Of a DNA stretch of 64,000 nt, positions 9,050 through 17,323 are shown piece after piece. Both the position numbers and the translations under genes were made by a program. Under the pieces are notes generated by a model, which was given only the letters and a program-made list of their open reading frames with translations, was not told the origin of the DNA and made no database searches. Origin of the DNA: Nitrospiraceae bacterium (GTDB taxonomy: Bacteria > Nitrospirota > Nitrospiria > Nitrospirales > Nitrospiraceae). The stretch lies in contig JAENWB010000041.1 in assembly GCA_016650275.1 (NCBI GenBank), positions 6,046 to 70,045 on the forward strand, given 5' to 3'. Every line of letters starts with the position of its first letter. Position 1 is the first letter of the stretch.

Positions 9050-11205
9050 CCGGACGCGAGTACCTGCTGCCGTACTTCATCGGCCCGCATCTTCCCGCGC
9101 GTCCGCAGATTCCGGTACATCGCTAAGGCCCACAACGGGAAGTACCGACAGTACCAATGGTAGCGGAGATAAAACACCCGAGGGAATCCGGTGCCTGTAT
9201 GGCGGACCTCTTCCCACGAACCATCCTTCATTTGGTGGCGAAGCAGATATTGGACGCCGCGAGCGACGCTGAATGAATCGGTCATCCCGGCCGACATGAG
9301 TCCCATGATGGCCCAGGCCGTTTGAGAGGGCGTACTGTCCCCCTTCCCACTCCAGGCAGGGTCGCCGTAAGACAGGCAAGACTCGCCCCACCCGCCATCG
9401 GGATTCTGCATCGACTCCAGCCAGACAACCGCACGCCGAACATAGGGCTCCGAGAGATCCTCTCCGATCGCACGGAGACCAGCTAGGACGGACCAGGTGC
9501 CATAGATATAATTGACGCCCCATCGGCCGTACCAACTGCCGTCGGTCTCCTGCTCTCGCTTGAGGAATCGAAGAGCCGGCGCCACCGCGGGGTGCGTCTG
9601 ATCGTAGCCCAAGGCCGCAAGCATCTCGAGGCAGCGTCCGGTCAAATCGGACGTACTCGGGTCAAGCAAGGCATGGTGGTCGGCAAATGGAATATAATTA
9701 AAGACAATACGATTGTTGTCCTTGTCGTATGCGCCCCACCCGCCATCGGACCCTTGCATGGCGAGTACCCATTGCGTCCCCCGCTGGATGGAATCTTGTA
9801 ACGCGGTGGTCTGAGGCAGCCGGACTTTCGACAGCGCCATCAACACCACTGCCGAGTCATCCACATCGGGATAAAGCTCGTTCTCAAACTGGAAGTACCA
9901 GCCTCCCGGCTCCGCACCGGGAGACGAAAACTTCCAATCTCCAACCGTTTTCGTTTGGCGAGAGACCAAGTATTCAGCCGCTTTCTGAAGCGATGGGTGG
10001 TCCTGCGGCATCCCGGTTTCGATCAAGGCGTTCATGAGCAATGCCGTATCCCAGATTGGAGAGTGGCAGGGCTGAAGATGCAGCGTTTCAACGCGCTGAT
10101 CGCCAACCGATATCGTGTCGTAGACTTCCAACGATTCGATTTCGTGGAGCGCCTTCCGCACCAATGGATCGTCGACCTGATAACCGAGGCAGCGAAGGGC
10201 TACGATCGAATTCGCCATGGCCGGATAAATCCCCCCCAGCCCACCGCTGCCCTTGATGTGTTCCAACATCCAGGTGGCAGCCTTATGCAAGGCCTTTTCA
10301 CGCAACCAACTCAGTGGCATCCGGTCGTACAGTTTCAGCACCCTGTCCAGCTGGACAAAGAAATTATGCGGCGTAAACCACCGTTGATCCTTATTGAAGG
10401 GTGGCACGTCACGATAGCGAATCTGTGATCGGGGGGCGACATAGAGCTCGTCGATACCCTGCTCCTGAGGAATACGACAGACGGGCTGATTCGCGAAGAC
10501 CACGAGCAAGGGAATTAAAACGGTACGAGACCAATAGGAAATGGCGTAGATATTGAAATAGAACCGCTTCGGCAGGAGCATGATTTCTGGGGGCATGCTC
10601 GGAATGCCCTTCCAATCATACTGGTCGAACAATGCCAGAGTGATTTTCGTGAAGACGTTCGCACACACGACACCACCCATAGCCAGAATACAGTCACGGG
10701 CCCGAAGCATGGAAGGCTCGTCTGCCGAAATACCGCTCATTTTCAAGGCGAAATAGGCTTTCACCGAGGCGCTGATCTCCGAAGGCCCTCCGTAGAAAAT
10801 CGGCCAGCCGCCATCAGGCAATTGCATGGCACGGAGATAGCAGACCGCCTGGCGCTCTCGCTCGGGATCGACCCGATCGAGAAACCGCCGCAGCAAGAGG
10901 TATTCAGCAGTCAGCGTAGTATCGGCTTCGAGCTCCGCAACCCAGTACCCCTCTGATGCATGTTGTCTGGACAACAACCAGGCTTGACTGCGCCGGACTG
11001 CGTCGTCGAGCGCATCCACTTGACTGATCGAATGGCTGGTGGGGCGACGTGTCGCAGCGTCGACGGGTGCCGAGAGCACGGACTTGTCCGACACCAGACG
11101 CAGCGGTGGAACGTTGGATGACTCGGTGGCCAGCCCAAGCTTCCCCGGAACGGAGACGAAGAGGCTATCGGACAGACGATCCAGAAGCGTTCGAATCAAC
11201 TTCAT
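9028..11205 (-). CDS. shc: Squalene-hopene cyclase
   Basis: 725 aa with the catalytic DVDDSAVV (DxDD) motif and repeated QW motifs (e.g. QNPDGGWGE, QGSDGGWGAY). Carries an N-terminal extension of about 60 aa. Confidence 0.95.
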   Translation of the reverse strand: MKLIRTLLDRLSDSLFVSVPGKLGLATESSNVPPLRLVSDKSVLSAPVDAATRRPTSHSISQVDALDDAVRRSQAWLLSRQHASEGYWVAELEADTTLTAEYLLLRRFLDRVDPERERQAVCYLRAMQLPDGGWPIFYGGPSEISASVKAYFALKMSGISADEPSMLRARDCILAMGGVVCANVFTKITLALFDQYDWKGIPSMPPEIMLLPKRFYFNIYAISYWSRTVLIPLLVVFANQPVCRIPQEQGIDELYVAPRSQIRYRDVPPFNKDQRWFTPHNFFVQLDRVLKLYDRMPLSWLREKALHKAATWMLEHIKGSGGLGGIYPAMANSIVALRCLGYQVDDPLVRKALHEIESLEVYDTISVGDQRVETLHLQPCHSPIWDTALLMNALIETGMPQDHPSLQKAAEYLVSRQTKTVGDWKFSSPGAEPGGWYFQFENELYPDVDDSAVVLMALSKVRLPQTTALQDSIQRGTQWVLAMQGSDGGWGAYDKDNNRIVFNYIPFADHHALLDPSTSDLTGRCLEMLAALGYDQTHPAVAPALRFLKREQETDGSWYGRWGVNYIYGTWSVLAGLRAIGEDLSEPYVRRAVVWLESMQNPDGGWGESCLSYGDPAWSGKGDSTPSQTAWAIMGLMSAGMTDSFSVARGVQYLLRHQMKDGSWEEVRHTGTGFPRVFYLRYHWYCRYFPLWALAMYRNLRTRGKMRADEVRQQVLASGCHRADR

Positions 11206-11318
11206 TGTAGTATTGGTCTGTAGAAAACTGCAGGTGGATGGGACAACGCGGGTGACTCGCTTCGCCCCCTTAAAGCTCGAACCACGAGCGACACGCTCAT
11301 AGATCTGCCATGTGGGGG

Positions 11319-11348
11319 TATATAGCAGACACCCTACTCTGACGTCAA
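11319..11348 (-). promoter_or_regulatory. Sigma70-like promoter candidate for the shc operon (TTGACG-18 nt-TATATA)
   Basis: Minus-strand reading TTGACGtcagagtagggtgtctgcTATATA, about 113 nt upstream of the shc ATG. Sequence match only. Confidence 0.4.
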
Positions 11349-11404
11349 GAAACAGAGCGGCGGAAACCCTCTAAAGTATGAATGTTTTCGCCAATCCAGA
11401 CTGC

Positions 11405-14400
11405 TTAGGCCGGCTGCAAGTTGCCCAGTCTCACCGAGACAATTTTTGAGATACCCGGCTCTTCCATGGTGACCCCAAACAACGAGTCTGCAATGGCCAT
11501 GGTCTGCTTACTGTGGGTGATGACCATGAACTGCGCACCTTCGGAGAGTTCATGCAATACACCGGTAAAGCGCCCAATGTTCTCTTCGTCCAGCGGCGCG
11601 TCGATTTCGTCGAGAATACAGAACGGCGTCGGTCTGATCAAGAAGCTCGCGAAGAGCAAGGCCATCGCCGTCAAGGTCTTCTCTCCACCCGAGAGCATGG
11701 TGATGCTCTTCAAGCGTTTGCCCGGTGGTTGCACCACGATGTCGACTCCCGGCTCCTGCGGTCCACGCCCTTCTGCAGTCTCATCCGCCGGCACCTCGAC
11801 CAGCTGTAGTTCGGCCCGGCCACCGGGGAAGAACTTCACGAACACCTCACTGAATTTCTGCTGGAGCTCGGCAAAGGTACCGGCAAACATGTCTTTCGTG
11901 GTGCGGTTGATGCGCTGAATGATTTCTTTGAGCGAGCCGATGGACGTGGAGAGATCTTGTTCCTGCGTCGTCAGGAATCGATACCGTTCATCCAACTCTT
12001 GATGTTCGTGAATGGCCGCCAAATTGATCGGCCCCAGGCGATCGAGCTTCTCACGAATCTTCTGCAGCTGCTCTCGTAGCACGACTTCATTGATTGCCGA
12101 TGGGCCATCCGAGATCGGCTCCTCCCCAATGGACAACTGTTCGGGTATCATCTCCACGACCGGTGAATCGAGTAGTGTCGCGAGATCGACCTGGTACGTT
12201 CCCAAGAGCGTGGATTCGACAGTCCCCAATTGCATCCGAATTTCCGCTTTCTTAACTTCCACCGCCATGCGGGATTCGCGAAGAGACGACACCGCGCGAC
12301 GAACATCCTCCAACCCGACATCGAGCTGATGCTCCGCCGCCATGTCCTGCGCCTGCGATTCTTGTAGTTCGACCAGCTGTACCTTTACCCGGGCTGCCGA
12401 CTCACCGAATTCGCGACAACGCACCTCTTGGTGCTCACGTTCAACCCGGCTCTGTTCGATCGAGGCCGTAAGCCCCTCGATATGGCGCGTCAATGTCTCA
12501 ATGCGTACGATCGCGTCTTGCTGCTGTTGCTCAATCCGCAAGAGGTCGTGATGACGATGCTCCCGGGTTGTCCGAATTCCCTGCGCCACTAATTGCGCTT
12601 CTGTGAATCGCTGCTGGAGCCCCTGCATGGCGTGATCAATTTGCTCCACCCGTTCGCGCACACGACTGAGTCCGGCTTCCTGGCCGGCCTTCTCCGCCAT
12701 CCACTGTGCGAGCTGCGCTTCGCCGGAACACGTTTCTTGATTGAGCCGCTGCGCCTCCGCCGAGCCTCGCTGCGCATCACTCATCAATGTATCGATCCGC
12801 TGGGTTAGATCTCCCAGCACATGCTGAAGTCCGGCTTCGTCTTTCCGCAGTGAGAGTCCCTGCATTTCAGCCTCACGCAGCGACTCCGCAAGTTGCCGGC
12901 TCTGCTCGCGCAACTCCTGTCCCTGCACCAGCAATCGTTCTCGTCGCTGCTTTCCTTCTTCGACGCATCCCGCCAGCGAGACGCGCTGGGCGTCCAAGTG
13001 AAGCACCTCTCGACGTCGTTGCAGCAAGCCTCCCGTTGCACTGGCTTGGCCACCGGTAATCACCCCGGCCGCATCCAAGACTTCTCCTGCGCGTGTCACG
13101 AGGAGGGGTCCATCGGGAGCAGCGAAGGGCTGTTGTTCCCACAATACCGTCGCGTCCTTGAGGGTATCGACGAACACGATCCGATCGAAGAGATAGTCAC
13201 GGGCCGCTTCGCGCTCGCTCTGTACAGGGATCAAATCGACCGCACGGCCAACCACACCGGGCCGGCCCTCCAGCGCAGCCCACCACTGGTGGGATGCCGT
13301 ATCCCGAGTCGTCCATCGAGGTTGCTGGGGGATGAATGTGCCTCGCCCGAGATCTTTCTCTTTCAGAAACTCAATCGCCTCACAAGCCGCGGCGGGATTG
13401 TCGACGAACCATCCTCTGACCCGCTCGCCCAAAATCGCCTCCACCGCCCGGTCCCATCCAGGAGGCACGACCAACCACTCGGCGATGGCATCGCGAACCC
13501 CGCTACAGGCTTTGAGCGCAGTCGACTCTTCGTCGCCTCGCCGCCCGTAGCCCATATCTTCCTGCAGCACGCCTTGCAGCGCTCTGAGATGAGAGTCCAC
13601 TGCGGCCAACTCTTCCGACTGGCGAAATACCAACTGATCGGCTTCGACCGATTCGGCCGATACGCGCTCGCTCTCTTCCTCAACACCTTGCCGCTGCCGC
13701 CGCAAGTCAGCAACCAATTGCTCCGCCTCGTGGCAGGCTTGTTGGAGCGACTGCCGCTTGTCCGTCGCCGCAACATGCTGCAGGCGAAAGTTTTCCCGCT
13801 CCCGAGCCAGCCGGCCTTCACGATCCGCCGCCTCTTGAATACGAGCGGCCAATTGCACCACGGTCTGCTCGGTATTTGCGACCAACACCGCCAGGTTGAG
13901 CACGTCCCGACGCCCTCGTTCCTCTTCAGCCAGGGCTCCGGCTCGTTGCTGGGTCAGCTCTTTCATCTCCTGCTCGAGCGTCGCGAACGCCTGCTCCCGC
14001 TCCGCGCATTCACGTTCGAGCGCAGCCAGCGTATCCTCGAGGGCCGCTGCTTCCGCCGCGCCCTGCTTCTGCTCCCGGGTGAGGCGCTCAAGTTCCTCGC
14101 CCCCCTGACTCTGCTGCTGCATATAGAGTTCACCGCGATTACGCTCGACTTCGGCAGCCGTCAGCGCCTGCGCCTGTTGCTGCTCAACCTTCGAAAGTTC
14201 CTCGCGCCGCTGCCCAATCGCCTCGTTCGCTATGGCAATCGCGAGCTTGATCCGTTCAAGTTCCGCATTCAAACGCGCCAGCTCGGCGGACTGTTCGGAC
14301 TCGTGGTCCCCCAACGTCTGCAACTCCGACTCCACCTCCTTGATCGTGCTTCGGAGGATACGGTATTCGTTGGTCAACAACTGAATCTCCAGCGACTTGG

Positions 14401-15091
14401 CCTCTTGGTGCAACGTCTGATAGGACCGCGCCTGGCGCGCTTGGCGCTCAAGGGAATTCAACTGCTTTTTCACCTCCGCAATGATGTCCCGAACCCGCAA
14501 GAGGTTTTGCTGCGTCGCATCCAACTTGCGTAACGCTTCAGCCTTCTGCTTCTTGTAGCGAATGATGCCGGCGGTTTCTTCGATCAACTCGCGTCTATCT
14601 TGCGGTGACGCGTTAAGGATCTGATCGATTTGTCCCTGTGCGATGACGGTGTGCCCTTTTGTCCCTGCCCTGGTATCCAGCAGGATGCTCCGGACATCCT
14701 TCAACCGGCAGACGGTCTTATTGATGAGGTATTCGCTGTCTCCATTACGGAACAGACGGCGCGTGATCATGAGTTCTTGATATTCCGACAGCTGACTCGA
14801 AAGACCGGACAAGGGATCTACATTGATCCGATCCAGCCCGCTGATCACGAGAGACACTTCCGCAAGGCCGAGAGGCTTCCGCATTTCGGTCCCGTTAAAG
14901 ATCACATCTTCCATCTTCTCGCTACGCAGGGCCTTCGTGCTCTGCTCGCCGAGCACCCAAAGAATCGCATCGACGACATTGCTTTTCCCGCTCCCGTTTG
15001 GCCCCACGATGGCGGTGACGCCATCGGGGAATTCAATCCGGGCTTCCGCAAACGACTTAAAGCCTGCCATTTCGAGGGATTTCAAATACAT
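11405..15091 (-). CDS. smc: Chromosome segregation protein SMC
   Basis: Start set at MYLKSLEMAGFKSF (ATG 15091, GAAGGAG upstream). Walker A GPNGSGKSN, long coiled coils, hinge region, C-terminal LSGGEK signature and DEIDAPLD. Confidence 0.95.
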   Translation of the reverse strand: MYLKSLEMAGFKSFAEARIEFPDGVTAIVGPNGSGKSNVVDAILWVLGEQSTKALRSEKMEDVIFNGTEMRKPLGLAEVSLVISGLDRINVDPLSGLSSQLSEYQELMITRRLFRNGDSEYLINKTVCRLKDVRSILLDTRAGTKGHTVIAQGQIDQILNASPQDRRELIEETAGIIRYKKQKAEALRKLDATQQNLLRVRDIIAEVKKQLNSLERQARQARSYQTLHQEAKSLEIQLLTNEYRILRSTIKEVESELQTLGDHESEQSAELARLNAELERIKLAIAIANEAIGQRREELSKVEQQQAQALTAAEVERNRGELYMQQQSQGGEELERLTREQKQGAAEAAALEDTLAALERECAEREQAFATLEQEMKELTQQRAGALAEEERGRRDVLNLAVLVANTEQTVVQLAARIQEAADREGRLARERENFRLQHVAATDKRQSLQQACHEAEQLVADLRRQRQGVEEESERVSAESVEADQLVFRQSEELAAVDSHLRALQGVLQEDMGYGRRGDEESTALKACSGVRDAIAEWLVVPPGWDRAVEAILGERVRGWFVDNPAAACEAIEFLKEKDLGRGTFIPQQPRWTTRDTASHQWWAALEGRPGVVGRAVDLIPVQSEREAARDYLFDRIVFVDTLKDATVLWEQQPFAAPDGPLLVTRAGEVLDAAGVITGGQASATGGLLQRRREVLHLDAQRVSLAGCVEEGKQRRERLLVQGQELREQSRQLAESLREAEMQGLSLRKDEAGLQHVLGDLTQRIDTLMSDAQRGSAEAQRLNQETCSGEAQLAQWMAEKAGQEAGLSRVRERVEQIDHAMQGLQQRFTEAQLVAQGIRTTREHRHHDLLRIEQQQQDAIVRIETLTRHIEGLTASIEQSRVEREHQEVRCREFGESAARVKVQLVELQESQAQDMAAEHQLDVGLEDVRRAVSSLRESRMAVEVKKAEIRMQLGTVESTLLGTYQVDLATLLDSPVVEMIPEQLSIGEEPISDGPSAINEVVLREQLQKIREKLDRLGPINLAAIHEHQELDERYRFLTTQEQDLSTSIGSLKEIIQRINRTTKDMFAGTFAELQQKFSEVFVKFFPGGRAELQLVEVPADETAEGRGPQEPGVDIVVQPPGKRLKSITMLSGGEKTLTAMALLFASFLIRPTPFCILDEIDAPLDEENIGRFTGVLHELSEGAQFMVITHSKQTMAIADSLFGVTMEEPGISKIVSVRLGNLQPA

Positions 15092-15254
15092 CGGCGACTC
15101 CTTCGGTAGCGTATCTAGCGAGGACTCACGTGGATACAACGCCCAATTTTGTAGCACAGACCTAGGGGGAAATCAAAGAAAAATACTGCCGGTGGTAGGC
15201 ACAGGGAGAGGGACCTACAACATTTGGGGAATGGACAGGTGGCGAGGGATGCGG

Positions 15255-16217
15255 TTATCCCACCTGAGTCCCAACAGATTTGTTGAGGGACTCAATGGTG
15301 ATCAGTTCCTTAGGAAGAAGAAACTCAACATCTTCTTCGATTACAGTCAGATCTTGGACCTCTGCGGTCCCAAACGTCTTGAGGTACGTCACCAACTCTT
15401 CGACCAGAACTTCTGGTGCTGAAGCGCCGGCTGTGATCCCGACCGCTTGCACGTTCGTGAGCCAGGCTGGATTGATGTCAGAGGCGGCATCGATCAAATA
15501 GGACGCAATCCCGCACCGCTCCCCCAACTCACGTAGGCGGTTGGAGTTCGAACTATTCGGGGAACCGATAACGAGAATGACATCCACCAGCTTGGAGAGC
15601 TCCTTCACCGCATTCTGGCGGTTCTGTGTCGCGTAACAAATATCCTCCTGGTGCGGCCCCTTGATGTGCGGGAACCGTTGATGGAGTGCGCCGACGATAT
15701 CCCGACACTCATCGACGCTCAGCGTAGTTTGCGTGACATACGAGAGGTCGTGGACGTTATCAACCTGCAGCTTTTCGACATCTTCCACCGAGGAAACCAG
15801 ATGGAACTTGTCCGGAATCTGTCCAAGCGTCCCGATTACTTCGGGGTGGCCGGCATGGCCGATCAGAATGAGATCGTACCCCTGCGTATAGTCGCGGTTG
15901 ACCTCGTTATGCACTTTGATGACCAACGGACAGGTGGCATCGATCACATGCAGCCGCCGCCGATTCGCTTCTTCCCAGACCGACTTGGCGACCCCATGGG
16001 CACTGAAGATCACGACCGAACCTTCCGGCACTTCTCCCAACTCCTCCACGAACACGGCCCCCTTGGTACGGAGCGAGTTCACGACATGCCGGCTATGGAC
16101 GATTTCGTGCCGAACGTAGATCGGCGCCCCATACTTTTTCAGCGAGAGATCAACGATATCGATCGCGCGATCGACTCCGGCGCAAAACCCTCGTGGGTTG
16201 GCAAGATAGATCTTCAT
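15255..16217 (-). CDS. ispH: 4-hydroxy-3-methylbut-2-enyl diphosphate reductase
   Basis: 320 aa with LytB/IspH motifs ([24 protein letters not shown]). Confidence 0.95.
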   Translation of the reverse strand: MKIYLANPRGFCAGVDRAIDIVDLSLKKYGAPIYVRHEIVHSRHVVNSLRTKGAVFVEELGEVPEGSVVIFSAHGVAKSVWEEANRRRLHVIDATCPLVIKVHNEVNRDYTQGYDLILIGHAGHPEVIGTLGQIPDKFHLVSSVEDVEKLQVDNVHDLSYVTQTTLSVDECRDIVGALHQRFPHIKGPHQEDICYATQNRQNAVKELSKLVDVILVIGSPNSSNSNRLRELGERCGIASYLIDAASDINPAWLTNVQAVGITAGASAPEVLVEELVTYLKTFGTAEVQDLTVIEEDVEFLLPKELITIESLNKSVGTQVG

Positions 16218-16391
16218 AACCGTCCCCTCTCCTTGACTCAGTACAGGGCCACGTTCGTGCCCACATACTCACAGATCACTGACGTCCACCTTACGTCAGA
16301 GCAGCGGGTTCCGTCAATACAATTGGCCCGCGCCTCTCTTCCCTGCCCGTCTTGACACAATGCTCTGTCCCTCGTAGGCTCGCACCACCAA

Positions 16392-16607
16392 CAGGGTGCT
16401 GAAAAAGTCCGCCAGCGGAAGAAGACTGTTATTTGGCTTATTTGGTTTGTCTGGTCTGTCTGGTTTTTGGGTTGAACGAAACTAACCAGATGAACCAAAT
16501 CAACCAAATAAACAAAACAAACCAGATCAACCAGACAGACCGGGCTTGTCTCAGACGTGCGGGCCATTAAACTTCTACCGTGCCACAATAGATTTTCCGC
16601 AGACTCC
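16392..16607 (+). repeat. Composite repeat, variant 1: 5' word CAGGGTGCTGAAAAAGTCCGCCAGC, then a 9-nt-repeat hairpin (16429-16541), then a conserved tail (16542-16607)
   Basis: The word and the tail both align to copies at 22019, 32628 (reverse complement) and 33063. The right arm reads AACCAGATG AACCAAATC AACCAAATA AACAAAACA AACCAGATC AACCAGACA, and the left arm is its imperfect complement. Confidence 0.8.
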
Positions 16608-16612
16608 TAGCC

Positions 16613-17323
16613 ATGCCAAGCCCCTCAGCCAAGAAAATCCTCATCGTTGAAGATGAGCACGACATTCTCAAACTGGTCAAACTGTATTTGGAGAAAGAAG
16701 GCTTTCGAACCATAACGGCCACGACCGGGATGGAAGGGCTCCAACAAGTGAAGCAGGAGAAGCCCGACTTGGTCGTCCTCGACTTGATGCTGCCCGAGAT
16801 CGACGGCCTTGAAGTCTGTAAACGCCTGCGGTCAGCTCCAGAAACCGCGATGCTCCCCATCATCATGTTGACCGCCAAGGCCGAAGAATCGGATACCATC
16901 GTTGGCCTGGAGCTGGGAGCCGACGACTACGTCACCAAACCCTTCAGTCCCAAGACTCTGGTCGCCCGCATCAAGGCCCTCTTTCGACGGCTTGAGCGAA
17001 AGCCGGGTGACAGCCCGACCCAATATCGCTACGGCGACCTCGTCATGGATCTCGCGCGACACGAAGTCACCGTGAAGAAAATAGAAGTCCCCCTCACGGC
17101 GAAAGAATTCGGCCTGCTCGAACATCTCTTGCGCAATCCCGGAAGGGTCCTGACAAGAGACATTCTCCTCAATACCGTCTGGGGGTACGATTACTACGGA
17201 ACGACGCGGACAGTCGACGTCCACATCCGAAGACTCAAGCAGAAACTCCCCTCGCTCGACGGAGCGATTACGTCGGTCAAATCCCTGGGTTATAAGCTCA
17301 AAGAGTTGGATCGTTCGGCATGA
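16613..17323 (+). CDS. OmpR/PhoB-family response regulator
   Basis: 236 aa with a receiver domain (LVVLDLMLPEIDG) and a winged-helix trans_reg_C domain (RTVDVHIRRLKQKL). Confidence 0.9.
   Translation: MPSPSAKKILIVEDEHDILKLVKLYLEKEGFRTITATTGMEGLQQVKQEKPDLVVLDLMLPEIDGLEVCKRLRSAPETAMLPIIMLTAKAEESDTIVGLELGADDYVTKPFSPKTLVARIKALFRRLERKPGDSPTQYRYGDLVMDLARHEVTVKKIEVPLTAKEFGLLEHLLRNPGRVLTRDILLNTVWGYDYYGTTRTVDVHIRRLKQKLPSLDGAITSVKSLGYKLKELDRSA

Noticed and set aside
12893-14533. 546-aa plus-strand ORF, and other long plus-strand ORFs at 11421-15422, inside the smc locus
   Set aside because: They are antisense to a clearly recognisable SMC gene. The composition is Leu/Arg/Gln/Pro-rich and low complexity, as expected from the complement of coiled-coil codons in GC-rich DNA. 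There is no RBS and no recognisable domain.
16429-16541. Possible CRISPR array (regularly spaced short repeats), also at 22046-22156 and 55288-55356
   Set aside because: The units are 9 nt and directly adjacent, with no unique spacers. The two halves are mutually complementary, forming a hairpin. No cas genes are in the window.
16238-16588. 116-aa minus-strand ORF (…LVDLVCFVYLVDLVHLVSFVQPKNQTDQTNQISQ…)
   Set aside because: It is the translation of the 9-nt tandem-repeat hairpin and the repeat word. The period-9 repeats keep the frame open by construction.
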